Of a DNA stretch of 64,000 nt, positions 9,048 to 19,127 are shown piece after piece. The notes beneath the pieces are model-generated. The model was given only the letters and a program-made list of their open reading frames with translations, made no database searches and was not told the origin of the DNA. How positions within the stretch are numbered: position 1 is the first letter of the stretch; the number at the start of each line of letters is the position of its first letter. This stretch comes from a virus (taxonomy: Duplodnaviria; Caudoviricetes). Both the position numbers and the translations under genes were made by a program. The stretch lies in IMG/VR virus record IMGVR_UViG_3300030098_006079; one strand, given 5' to 3'.

Positions 9048-9536
9048 TTAGTTTTCCCAAGGAAATACTATCCATTCATCATTATCAAACTCTTTCACTG
9101 TATGGTGAGGCATGAATGTAGATTTAGGTTTGTAATATAATGTAGAATAAACCCATTGATTTTGCTCTGGTCTTTCCCATGTGACTATATTATCTATTTG
9201 TTTAACTTTACGAAGAGTCATTCCAGTATCAGCTAAATCATCTACTATAAGTATTTTCTCTTCATCTCTCAATGTACCGAAGTCTGGAAATGTAACTAGC
9301 TTTACTACATCAGTTTCTGAATGTTCTCCATCTCGAGGTTTATCATCTACATAAGACTTTAAATTTGCGGAAAGCAGTTTATCTACTTTAAGATACTTAG
9401 CTAATAAGGTCGCAGGAATCATACCTCCATTAGCAATTCCAATAATACAGGTAATTTTTTCTTTTGATAAATTATCTGCTAAGGTTTTGCAGTCTTGTTT
9501 TATATCATCCCAGGTCAAATAAGTTTTATTAGGCAT
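9048..9536 (-). CDS. Type I purine phosphoribosyltransferase (Gpt-like)
   Basis: IGIANGGMIPA, PRPP loop ILIVDDLADTGMT, C-terminal WIVFPWE. Confidence 0.88.
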   Translation of the reverse strand: MPNKTYLTWDDIKQDCKTLADNLSKEKITCIIGIANGGMIPATLLAKYLKVDKLLSANLKSYVDDKPRDGEHSETDVVKLVTFPDFGTLRDEEKILIVDDLADTGMTLRKVKQIDNIVTWERPEQNQWVYSTLYYKPKSTFMPHHTVKEFDNDEWIVFPWEN

Positions 9537-9698
9537 TTACAATGTAACTTCTTTTCCTATATATTTTACCAATTGTTTCAAATTTTCAAGGGCCTTTTCT
9601 TTTTCCGATACGTTCATTTTTTTAGCTTCTTTATACAGTCTAAGAATTAAGTCTGGAGTGACAATATGTTTCTCTTTTATAGCGGAGCTATTTTTCAT
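9537..9698 (-). CDS. Small hypothetical protein (53 aa, absent from ORF track)
   Basis: MKNSSAIKEKHIVTPDLILRLYKEAK...; stop codon abuts the PRTase ATG. Confidence 0.55.
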   Translation of the reverse strand: MKNSSAIKEKHIVTPDLILRLYKEAKKMNVSEKEKALENLKQLVKYIGKEVTL

Positions 9699-9767
9699 AT
9701 AAATATTTACACAACTCTTTCTAACATCAATCTGTAAAAACAGTTGTTTTTTGTTAAATAATTAATA

Positions 9768-12700
9768 ATGTCAATGTCAGTCTATAGTGAAGTCGTCGCG
9801 GAATCTGCTTTTGGATATCATAGAGATCGTGTTTTAGATACTCTACAAAATCCAGATTTAGATTTACCTTATAATTTAGATACTATAAAGATTAGTCATA
9901 ACGACTTTGCTGTTTCTGATGTATATAACGACAGTATAAAAAAATTATATAGTAACTATTTGTTTTTAATTGCTAATGCAGAAATTACTACTAATATTTC
10001 TCCTTTAACATCGAATATTGGTTATGTAAAATATGATGCAAATAATGCTGCCACTAAAGTTGCTATTACTACAGCGCCTCAAGACGGTACTGGAACAAGT
10101 AATTTGTCTGGTACCGTAGAAACGTTTGTAACAAACAAAATTGACAGTAGTAATAAATTAGTATTCTTTAATTATAGTATCTCAGACAATAATGTGTTTG
10201 AAGCTAACTATGACTTAACAAATCTTTCTACCTCAATTAATGATAGGTTTGTAGAGTTTAATAAAACATTTACGTTTAATAATGTTGTGAGTGTTGATTC
10301 TATCGGCTCAACATTATTTGTTTTAGATAAAGGATTAAACACTGTATTTAAATTCGATGTAACTGGTTTATTAGCTGATGATCCAGCTCTAAAAAGAACG
10401 AGTTATACTGATACAGAACATCCTGGTAGGTTTTTGTTAAAGACAATTGGTGGTCAAGGTACATCTCAAACTAAAAATAAATTATCCAACCCGAGTAGTT
10501 TATCAGTTTATAAAGATAGAATTTATATATTAGATAATGGTAATAATAGTGTTAAAGTTTTTGATTTAGATTTTAATTTTTTACATGAATTATCCAGCCC
10601 TGAATTGTTTAATAATCCTAATTTTGGTGAACCTGTCTCAATTGTAGTAAGTAAGAAGTTTAATACTTTAGATATACCATGGGGTTACATTTTAACAAGT
10701 AGAGGAAATATTTTAGAGTATGATGTAAGAGAGAATAGGTATGGTGTTGTTCATTCACCATATGATATATATGATACAAGATTACAAACTCTATCCTCTT
10801 ATAATGAAACAAGTAGTTGGAAGAAAATTATTAATTCTAAGTCTGACGATAATATACTTTATATAGCTAATGACAAAGAAATATATAAATTTTATAAAAC
10901 TAATTTTAACTTACCAGTTAGTGTACTAAATTTACGTAAAGCAAATATTAGTATGAATAACGATAGTTCTGGTCAGCGTATTTTGTCTTTTGATAATACT
11001 TTATATGATGGCGCTGATTATTTAGCTATAACAACAGTTTTAAATAAAGATAATAGTAAGACTCAAACATATGTAGTAATGGATAAAAACATTCCTACAA
11101 AACTATATAATGAAAGTTTTTATACTAATTACTTCTCTTTATCAGATATATTAATTTTACCGCAAGAGATTGTTAACAATATTACATTTAACAAAACTAC
11201 AAAAAAACTTTTATATAATCATTATTCTTTATTTGAAAATATTAATAAAAAAGTTTATAGTTATTATCAAGATGTAAGTGGTTATGCTATTGTTCCTACA
11301 TTATGTACTGTAACAGGAAAAGACTTTACAAAGCCAACTAGTTTTGATGATACACCGAATTTGTATATTGGTATTAATGAACCTATTTTAACTGATGTAA
11401 TAAATAGACCATTAGAAATTTTGTATGATCAACAAAAAGATATATTTAATACATTAAAAGAAGAGAGTCTTAATAATAACCCTCCGTCAAACATACCGTC
11501 TCAGTTACCTGGTAGATATGAAAACGCTTTGAATGTTCTTACTTTAACAGCAACCCAGGCTTCAGTTGCAGCTGGTGAGAGTGTACAGATTGGAGTTGTA
11601 AGAACCAACGCATTGAGCTTATCAAGTAATTGTTCGTTTAAATTTTGGACTACGCTAGGTACCGCTGCGAAAAAAGATTTAGAGTATATAGACGAGGAAA
11701 ATCCAAGTATACTTGAATTTGAGCGCGGTGAAACTGAAATTACATTCCCGCTAGGTACTTTTAAAGAATTTAATAGTACTGAAAAAACATTCTCAGTATA
11801 CATTGAACAAGATGTAAATTGTGTTATTGATTATAATTATCAAAAACTTGATGTTACGATTACACCAATTGAAGATATGTACTCCGTTAGTGTGTCAACT
11901 TCGTTTGTTAATATGAAGGAAGGACAAAATAATCGCGTAGGTTTCGTCCGTCATAATGTAAATGGAGACTATAAAGAGCGGACTGGTATATTAGTTGAAA
12001 TTGATACTGATTTAAGTGATTCTGTATATATACCAAATATTGCTTCTGTTGATACGCACACAATTATCACTGGTTCAACATCTCAACAAGACATGCCTGG
12101 TGTTCCAGGTGGTACAGATCTGTTTATGGCATCTGCAGCTGAAATAAAAGACACAGGAACAATTTGGTTTAATGAGGGAGTAAGTTCAGTAGTGTTTGAT
12201 ATTAGTGCTGTGAATGATTTATCTCAAAATACAGGTAGTAAAAAGTTAGATATAGTTATAAAAAATCCAACTGTTGGATCTAATATATCTCCTCTTGAAA
12301 AAAGAGATTATATTGACCCGAGTAGAACATCTGTATTTATTGGTGATGCGGAACCGAAACCTATATTTTTAAATTTAACAAGTATAGCGCCATTATATTC
12401 AGCTCATGACGCACCGTTTGTAGTACCTGACGTAAACAGCGGAACTATTACAAACATGGTGAGTAATGTTAATATATGGGAAGCTTTAGTTATGAGCACG
12501 GCTGAGAGTAACACAAATGCATTTTCTGCTGTTTCAGCTTCTCATCCAATTAGTGCTTGTTTTACAGTTAATGCTCCTTTATCTGTTATATCAGTATCAG
12601 CTTTATCTGGCGCGTTAGATTTTGCACCACCAAGCAATGCAGAAGGACAGTTTGTATATACTAATAATAGAATAGATATTATTATTGAAGAGGGTGCTGC

Positions 12701-13490
12701 TGTTGTAGGTAAAGGTGGTCGAGGAGGTCATGGTTGGTTATGGGAGTCAGGAAGCGATTTTGCTTTTAACGGTACTGATGATATTTCAATATATAATCAG
12801 CGTATCGGTGAAGATGGTGGTCCTGCTATTGGTAATTTTGATACTTATTTTGATAACTTTACTATTACAAATGCTGGTTCTGTTATAGGTGGAGCTGGTG
12901 GAGGTGCTCCTGGTCATGTTGGTTTAAGTGCTTCTGTTATGCATCACGTTTCTGCTTTATCAGCTGGTAGTGGTGGTGGAGGTGGAGCGGGTATACATGT
13001 AAGTAATGCTGGTTTAGGTGGTTTGGCTGCGGTTGGAGAATCTACACAAAATTCTTTATATACGTTTAGTTTTCGTAGAGATGGTTTCCCTGGCGGTGTT
13101 AACGTTGGTGGTGAGGGTGGTGGTCATCATGACGCAGGAGGTACAAATCATACATACCCATTTGTACCTATACGAGTACTACCTGGTAGTAATTCAACTA
13201 CAGATATTGGAGACGGTACAGGTACACCAGCTAACTTACATATTAATGTAACTAAATATCCTGTCTTGTGTGGTAAAAACGGTGGTAATATTGGAGAAGC
13301 GGGTGGTACAGATACCAGCGCAGTTGAACCAGATCAAACACCCGCTACAGGTACGAGCTTTAGTACAGTGTCAGATGAGTTTGCAGAAAGAACTGGTGGT
13401 CTTGCTGGTAAACTTATGGATACTTCAAAACAGGTCACATATAGAGGGTCGGGACATAAAAAGGGTGACGAAACTAATATAGTAGAATAA
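9768..13490 (+). CDS. Large virion adhesin: NHL-like propeller, Calx-beta-like repeats, gp38-like glycine-rich C-terminus
   Basis: LSNPSSLSVYKDRIYILDNGNNSVKVFD (NHL); LEFERGETEITF and IWFNEGVSSVVF (Calx-beta); VGKGGRGG...ITNAGSVIGGAGGG...GSGGGGGAG; TAAATA at 9755. Confidence 0.7.
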   Translation: MSMSVYSEVVAESAFGYHRDRVLDTLQNPDLDLPYNLDTIKISHNDFAVSDVYNDSIKKLYSNYLFLIANAEITTNISPLTSNIGYVKYDANNAATKVAITTAPQDGTGTSNLSGTVETFVTNKIDSSNKLVFFNYSISDNNVFEANYDLTNLSTSINDRFVEFNKTFTFNNVVSVDSIGSTLFVLDKGLNTVFKFDVTGLLADDPALKRTSYTDTEHPGRFLLKTIGGQGTSQTKNKLSNPSSLSVYKDRIYILDNGNNSVKVFDLDFNFLHELSSPELFNNPNFGEPVSIVVSKKFNTLDIPWGYILTSRGNILEYDVRENRYGVVHSPYDIYDTRLQTLSSYNETSSWKKIINSKSDDNILYIANDKEIYKFYKTNFNLPVSVLNLRKANISMNNDSSGQRILSFDNTLYDGADYLAITTVLNKDNSKTQTYVVMDKNIPTKLYNESFYTNYFSLSDILILPQEIVNNITFNKTTKKLLYNHYSLFENINKKVYSYYQDVSGYAIVPTLCTVTGKDFTKPTSFDDTPNLYIGINEPILTDVINRPLEILYDQQKDIFNTLKEESLNNNPPSNIPSQLPGRYENALNVLTLTATQASVAAGESVQIGVVRTNALSLSSNCSFKFWTTLGTAAKKDLEYIDEENPSILEFERGETEITFPLGTFKEFNSTEKTFSVYIEQDVNCVIDYNYQKLDVTITPIEDMYSVSVSTSFVNMKEGQNNRVGFVRHNVNGDYKERTGILVEIDTDLSDSVYIPNIASVDTHTIITGSTSQQDMPGVPGGTDLFMASAAEIKDTGTIWFNEGVSSVVFDISAVNDLSQNTGSKKLDIVIKNPTVGSNISPLEKRDYIDPSRTSVFIGDAEPKPIFLNLTSIAPLYSAHDAPFVVPDVNSGTITNMVSNVNIWEALVMSTAESNTNAFSAVSASHPISACFTVNAPLSVISVSALSGALDFAPPSNAEGQFVYTNNRIDIIIEEGAAVVGKGGRGGHGWLWESGSDFAFNGTDDISIYNQRIGEDGGPAIGNFDTYFDNFTITNAGSVIGGAGGGAPGHVGLSASVMHHVSALSAGSGGGGGAGIHVSNAGLGGLAAVGESTQNSLYTFSFRRDGFPGGVNVGGEGGGHHDAGGTNHTYPFVPIRVLPGSNSTTDIGDGTGTPANLHINVTKYPVLCGKNGGNIGEAGGTDTSAVEPDQTPATGTSFSTVSDEFAERTGGLAGKLMDTSKQVTYRGSGHKKGDETNIVE

Positions 13491-13529
13491 CTACTTGATC
13501 TCTAAAGTTTTACTATATAAGTATAGTTA

Positions 13530-15911
13530 ATGAAGTTCAGTAAACAAGCACAATCTGCTTTAGCAATTTCTAAAAGTTACGCAGAAGAATACAAATGTAG
13601 GTATGCAGGTACTGAACATTTACTCTTAGGTTTAATAGAGTGTGACGATGAATTCTTAAAAGAAACTTTCGAACGCTTAGAGGTTGATTTTATAGATTTA
13701 AAAGATGTTGTTGTTAGTATTTGTCAATTAGAAGAAAACAATAAACTTTTTAAATTAGATGCTGGTCCAAATTTTACCCCTCGTGTATTACGTATTATAG
13801 ATTTTGCAAAAGGTTTAGCTGAGAAGCTTTCAAAAAACAATGTAGATGTAATACATTTATTTTTATCTTTACTTTATGAAAATGATGGTGTTGCGACTTC
13901 TATTTTATCAGAATATGGATTAAATTTTAATAATGTTAAAACAGTTATACAAAAAGAAATAGGTAATTTTGATAATGAAACTAAAATTCAATCTTTATCT
14001 ATACCTGAAAGTCTCGAACCTTTTTTTAACGACCTTACATATCTAGCTGCAAAAAATGAACTACAACATACTTTTTCTCGTGACGCAGAATTTGATAAAA
14101 TATATTTAGTGCTTGGTAAGAAGCATAATACAAATATTATTATTAGTGGTGAGCCTGGTGTTGGAAAAAGGTCTGTAGTTTATGAACTCGCAAAACGTAT
14201 TACAAAAAAACTCACCCCACCTCATTTACAGAACAAAAAAATTCTTGAATTAAAATTAAAAACTCTTATTAGCGGAACAAAATTTAGAGGAGATTTTGAA
14301 TCAAGAATTGATACTCTTCATGAATATCTAAAAAAGAATAATGATATTATTTTATTTATTAATGATATAGCTCTTATTACTAGACTTGAAGGTACAACAA
14401 ATATAGAAGAATATTTTAGTGAACTGTTTAATAGAGATGATATTAATTTTATTGGTACGTGTACAGCAGATGACTATAAAAAATATATTGATGATATTAC
14501 TACTATAAGTTCTAACTTTGAAAATATTATAGTTAAACAAACAAGCAATAAAGAGACGAAAGAGATTTTAAACACTATGATACCTACATATGAGAAATAT
14601 CATAATGTTAAATTTGAGCGCGATATTATAGATAATGTTATAGATTTATCTAGCCGATATATTGTAGATAAAAGTCAACCTTCCTGTGCATTAGATCTAC
14701 TAGATGAGTGTGGCTCATATATTAAAAACCAAATAGGTAGTACATCAGAACAATTGGTACAGTTACAACAAAAAATAGATAAATTAAATGAACAAAAGCT
14801 TGAAGCAGTAAAATCTTATGATTTCGAAACTGGTCTTAAATTATTAAGAAGAGAGACTACATTATCTAATAAGTTAAAAAAGGAACTCACTGACCGTAAG
14901 CAAGTTGAATTTGATAAAATTATAACTCGCTCGATAGTTAATAGAATTGTGAGTACTAAAACTGGTATACCACTATCAGATATATCAGGAAGTAGCTTAC
15001 CTGACTTAAATAAAGTCCAGAAAAAATTAACCGACAAATATGTATCTCAGAAAAAAGCTATCGATTCTATACTGTATCATTTTAAGAGAGTTAAAACTGG
15101 ATTACAAGACCCAAATAGGCCACTTGGATCATTTCTATTTATAGGGCCTACTGGTGTAGGTAAAACATATTTATGTGAGCTTATTTCTGAATACTTTTTT
15201 TATAATAAACAAAACTTTTTAAAAATAGATATGTCAGAATATATGGAACCTCATTCAGTTAGTAAATTGATTGGGTCTCCTCCAGGTTATGTTGGTTATG
15301 GTGATAGGTCTGTTTTATGCGATTTTATTAAAAACACTCCATACAGTTTAATATTACTTGATGAAATTGAAAAGGCTCATCCAGATGTTGTTAATATATT
15401 TCTACAAGTTTTAGATAAAGGTGAATTAACTGATAGTGTAGGTAGAAAAATAAATTTAAAAAATTGTATTATAGTATTTACTAGTAATATTGGTGCTGAT
15501 TTATTTGATAAAAACGCAATTGGTTTTGGTAGTTCGGCTATTAGTTCTATGGATTTAGAAAACTCGTTACAGAAATTTTTTAAACCTGAGTTTTTAAATA
15601 GATTATCTGAAATTATTAGATTTGAGCATTTAGATCAAGATGACATATATAATTTAGTTGATATCGAAACAAAAAAATTCGTTGCAAAATTACAGCAAAG
15701 TAACAATATTTTGTTTGTGTTAGATGATGATGCGCGTGAGTACATAGCTGAACAAGGATATAGCCGCAAATATGGAGCTCGATTCCTTAAGAGGTTTTTC
15801 GAGAAACATATTGAAACAGAAATAGCGACTCATATTATCCGAAGTAAAACTAAGCTCAAAAAAATCACTTGCAATTACTCCTCTAATAAGTTAATATTTA
15901 CCACATGCTGA
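13530..15911 (+). CDS. clpC: ClpC-like AAA+ chaperone/unfoldase
   Basis: Two Clp_N repeats, degenerate D1, UVR-like coiled coil, intact D2 (GPTGVGKT, DEIEKAHPDV), ClpP-docking IGF loop. Confidence 0.88.
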   Translation: MKFSKQAQSALAISKSYAEEYKCRYAGTEHLLLGLIECDDEFLKETFERLEVDFIDLKDVVVSICQLEENNKLFKLDAGPNFTPRVLRIIDFAKGLAEKLSKNNVDVIHLFLSLLYENDGVATSILSEYGLNFNNVKTVIQKEIGNFDNETKIQSLSIPESLEPFFNDLTYLAAKNELQHTFSRDAEFDKIYLVLGKKHNTNIIISGEPGVGKRSVVYELAKRITKKLTPPHLQNKKILELKLKTLISGTKFRGDFESRIDTLHEYLKKNNDIILFINDIALITRLEGTTNIEEYFSELFNRDDINFIGTCTADDYKKYIDDITTISSNFENIIVKQTSNKETKEILNTMIPTYEKYHNVKFERDIIDNVIDLSSRYIVDKSQPSCALDLLDECGSYIKNQIGSTSEQLVQLQQKIDKLNEQKLEAVKSYDFETGLKLLRRETTLSNKLKKELTDRKQVEFDKIITRSIVNRIVSTKTGIPLSDISGSSLPDLNKVQKKLTDKYVSQKKAIDSILYHFKRVKTGLQDPNRPLGSFLFIGPTGVGKTYLCELISEYFFYNKQNFLKIDMSEYMEPHSVSKLIGSPPGYVGYGDRSVLCDFIKNTPYSLILLDEIEKAHPDVVNIFLQVLDKGELTDSVGRKINLKNCIIVFTSNIGADLFDKNAIGFGSSAISSMDLENSLQKFFKPEFLNRLSEIIRFEHLDQDDIYNLVDIETKKFVAKLQQSNNILFVLDDDAREYIAEQGYSRKYGARFLKRFFEKHIETEIATHIIRSKTKLKKITCNYSSNKLIFTTC

Positions 15912-16129
15912 TGCATTCATATAAATTATTAGTTAAGGATATTTATACGAACGAGAAGAGAGAGATTGAATATTCTTCTCCAAATAAAGACCCACGCCTT
16001 GTACATAAAGAAGGTCTTAAAAAAATTCGTTATGAAGAAGATATCGAAAAAGTATATACAAACGCTAACGCAAAAGAAACTACTTTTAATCGCTTAGTAT
16101 ATGATAAACGGAAAGGATTTTTAGACTAA
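15905..16129 (+). CDS. Hypothetical protein
   Basis: 74-aa ORF coupled to clpC. Confidence 0.55.
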   Translation: MLMHSYKLLVKDIYTNEKREIEYSSPNKDPRLVHKEGLKKIRYEEDIEKVYTNANAKETTFNRLVYDKRKGFLD

Positions 16130-16335
16130 TGAGTAATACAAACACAGAAATTCTTGAAGCATTAGTTGCTATTTACGTAGCAGAAGAAAAAACTGCAGGA
16201 GCAAATTTAAATAATTATTTAAACAACGCAGCAGGTATTGGAGAACATCCAGACATTGTTGCAGAAGCTAAAAAATTAGTAGAAAAAATAGGTGCTGCGC
16301 GAGCTAATCGAGAGCTTGTTAAATCTATGCTATAA
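16129..16335 (+). CDS. Small conserved-type phage protein (GIGEHPD motif)
   Basis: 68 aa, AAGIGEHPDIVAE; start overlaps the previous stop. Confidence 0.65.
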   Translation: MSNTNTEILEALVAIYVAEEKTAGANLNNYLNNAAGIGEHPDIVAEAKKLVEKIGAARANRELVKSML

Positions 16336-16363
16336 GATTCCCCCTTGCAATGTTAGTAGACCT

Positions 16364-16386
16364 AAGCGCCTTCGGGCGCTTTTTTT
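16364..16386 (+). terminator. Rho-independent terminator
   Basis: AAGCGCC-TTCG-GGCGCTT plus T-tract. Confidence 0.9.
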
Positions 16387-16393
16387 ATAAATA
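16386..16393 (+). promoter_or_regulatory. T4 late promoter
   Basis: Exact TATAAATA 5 nt before the ATG at 16399. Confidence 0.7.
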
Positions 16394-16398
16394 ATTAT

Positions 16399-16827
16399 AT
16401 GATACCTGCAGAAATTATGACGATGTTCGGGGGATCTATCGTAGGGTTCTTTTTTAAGATAGTTGCCAAGCGAGCTGAAAACGAACAAAAGCGTTTTGAA
16501 ATGCTCATGAAAGAAAAGGAAGCTGCTGATGCCTCTGCAGATAAAGCTGTACAGCGTGTTAGTGTAGATGCGGGCAAGTGGGTTCGACGTATAATTGTTA
16601 TTAGTGTTTTGTTTGGAGTTATTCTAGCTCCATTCGTAATAACATTCTTCAATCATCCTATAGTAGTAGAAGAAATGATAACTAAAAAGGTACTATGGGG
16701 ATTGTTAGGGACTAAGACCGAACCTGTGTTTGTCGAGATTGAGGGATACTTGTTAGTACCTGAGATTCGACAAGCTTTGACTGCTATTATTGGTTTCTAT
16801 TTTGGGCAAGCAACCGTAAAACGTTAA
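16399..16827 (+). CDS. Membrane protein, holin-like
   Basis: Hydrophobic segments at the N-terminus, middle and C-terminus (ALTAIIGFYFG); late promoter. Confidence 0.55.
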   Translation: MIPAEIMTMFGGSIVGFFFKIVAKRAENEQKRFEMLMKEKEAADASADKAVQRVSVDAGKWVRRIIVISVLFGVILAPFVITFFNHPIVVEEMITKKVLWGLLGTKTEPVFVEIEGYLLVPEIRQALTAIIGFYFGQATVKR

Positions 16828-16829
16828 AC

Positions 16830-16857
16830 TTGATATTCGTAAATAATTAATTAAAAT
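16830..16857 (+). promoter_or_regulatory. Sigma70-like promoter of nrdAB
   Basis: TTGATA-N16-TAAAAT. Confidence 0.55.
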
Positions 16858-16868
16858 AATTATTACGA

Positions 16869-19118
16869 ATGAATGTAGTTAAACGCGATGGAAGAACGGA
16901 AGAATTTGACGCTAACAAGATCCACGAGGTGTTGTTTTGGGCTACAAAGGACATTAAGGGGGTCAGTGTCAGCGATATCGAAATTAATGCAAAGCTGCAA
17001 GTGTTTGATGGTATTAAGTCTTTTAATATACATCAATTATTAATTCAATCTGCTGCAGATCTTATTTCAGAAGATAATCCCAACTATCAAATAGTTGCGG
17101 CGAACTTACTCAATTATTATTTACGAAAACAAGTCTTCGGGGTTTCGGATAATATGCCTTCCTTACTTGATGTTATTAAAAAGAATATTAAGATCGGGGT
17201 ATATGATCCAGAACTACTAGAACAGTATACCGAAGATGAACTTGATCAGTTAGATAACTATATTAAGCATAATAGAGACTATCTTTTTGTATATGCTGGG
17301 CTCCAGCAATTAGTAGACAAATACTTATTAAAAGATAGGCAATCCAATAAGGTGTATGAGACACCACAATATATGTATATGCTTATCTCAATGGTTCTAT
17401 TTAGTGATCAGAACAAAGATGTACGTTTACGTAAGATTAAAGCCTTTTACAATGACACAAGTACATTTAAAACCTCTTTGCCTACACCTGTTATGTGTGG
17501 TGTCCGTACTCCATCACGTCAATACAGTTCGTGCACACTGATAGATGTAGGCGATTCTTTACCTTCTATATTTCATTCTAATACAGCTGTAGGTTATTAT
17601 ACAGCTAATAGAGCTGGTATTGGTTTGAATATGGGAAGAGTTCGTGCTGTAGGTTCTAAGATAAGAAATGGTGAAGTAGTACATACTGGAGTTATTCCGT
17701 TTCTTAAAATGTTTGAATCTACTACAAAATGTTGTACACAGAATGGAGTACGTGGTGGTTCATCTACAACACACTTTCCTTTCTGGCATAAGGAGATTCA
17801 GGAAATCTTAGTACTAAAAAATAATAGAGGTACTGATGATAATAGAGTTCGTAAAATGGATTACTCAATTCAATTTAATAAGCTTTTTTACAAGCGCTTT
17901 ATTGAGGATAAATCTATTACTCTGTTTAGCCCTCATGATGTTCCTGATCTGTACGACGCGTTTGTTGCTGGTTCAGATTCTTTTTATGAATTATATGAAC
18001 AGTATGAATCATCTAGAAAGGTTTCGAAGACGAAAATATCTGCTCGTAAGTTGTTTATGCAGTTTTGTCAAGAACGTATAGAAACTGGTAGGATGTATGT
18101 AATGAATATGGATCATGTTAATGATCATAGTTCATTTCTTGATAGTGTTACTATGTCTAACCTATGTCAGGAAATTACATTACCTACTACTCCTATAGAA
18201 CATATAGACGATGAAGAAACTGGTGAGATAGCTCTGTGTGTTCTCTCAGCTATTAACGTTGGTTCTATTAATAAATTAGATCAATTAGAAAAGATATGTG
18301 ATAATATAGTAACCGCTTTAGATTACATTATTGAGAATCAATTATATCCAGTTAGCGCTGCTCTCAATATGAAAAAGCGTCGAAGTATTGGAGTAGGTAT
18401 TACTAACTTCGCATACTACTTAGCGAAGAATGGAGTTTCATACGAGGATAAAGAGGCTCTTAAAGTTACAGATGAATTAGCGGAAGCTATTCAATACTAT
18501 CTGCTTAAAGCATCTAATAATCTTGCGAAAGAAAGAGGTAAGTGTGAGTGGTTTGATCGTACGAAATATAGTAAAGGTATATTACCAATTGATACTTACT
18601 GTAAAGAAGTAGATAATATTGTTAAAAGAAAATATACATACGATTGGGAAAAGCTTCGGAAAGATATTAAGGAGTATGGTTTAAGAAATAGTACTCTTAC
18701 GGCTCTAATGCCTTGTGAGAGTTCTTCCTTGGTGACTAACTCTACAAACGGTATTGAGCCTCCTAGAAGTTTAGTAACCGTCAAGAAATCTAAGCAGGGA
18801 CTTATCCCGCAGGTAGTTCCTGAGATACAAAAACTCAAGAACAAATATAGTCTTGCGTATGAAATGTCTGACAACAAGGGATATATAAACATTTGCGGAG
18901 TATTGCAAAAATATTTTGATCAAGCTATATCTGCAAATCATTATTACAATTTTAGTAAGTATGAAGAGAACAATCTCCCGCTTTCGGTTGTAGCTAAGGA
19001 TATCCTATATTCCTATAAGGTTGGTCTGAAAACATTATATTATGCTAATACTGATGATGGTAAAACTGATAATGCTCCTGAAGAAAGTGATTGCCCTGGC
19101 GGTGCATGTAAGCTATAA
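16869..19118 (+). CDS. nrdA: Class Ia ribonucleotide reductase alpha subunit with ATP cone
   Basis: VVKRDG ATP cone, SSCTL, SNLCQEI, ALCVLSAIN, C-terminal CPGGACKL; no intein. Confidence 0.97.
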   Translation: MNVVKRDGRTEEFDANKIHEVLFWATKDIKGVSVSDIEINAKLQVFDGIKSFNIHQLLIQSAADLISEDNPNYQIVAANLLNYYLRKQVFGVSDNMPSLLDVIKKNIKIGVYDPELLEQYTEDELDQLDNYIKHNRDYLFVYAGLQQLVDKYLLKDRQSNKVYETPQYMYMLISMVLFSDQNKDVRLRKIKAFYNDTSTFKTSLPTPVMCGVRTPSRQYSSCTLIDVGDSLPSIFHSNTAVGYYTANRAGIGLNMGRVRAVGSKIRNGEVVHTGVIPFLKMFESTTKCCTQNGVRGGSSTTHFPFWHKEIQEILVLKNNRGTDDNRVRKMDYSIQFNKLFYKRFIEDKSITLFSPHDVPDLYDAFVAGSDSFYELYEQYESSRKVSKTKISARKLFMQFCQERIETGRMYVMNMDHVNDHSSFLDSVTMSNLCQEITLPTTPIEHIDDEETGEIALCVLSAINVGSINKLDQLEKICDNIVTALDYIIENQLYPVSAALNMKKRRSIGVGITNFAYYLAKNGVSYEDKEALKVTDELAEAIQYYLLKASNNLAKERGKCEWFDRTKYSKGILPIDTYCKEVDNIVKRKYTYDWEKLRKDIKEYGLRNSTLTALMPCESSSLVTNSTNGIEPPRSLVTVKKSKQGLIPQVVPEIQKLKNKYSLAYEMSDNKGYINICGVLQKYFDQAISANHYYNFSKYEENNLPLSVVAKDILYSYKVGLKTLYYANTDDGKTDNAPEESDCPGGACKL

Positions 19119-19127
19119 TAAGAACAG

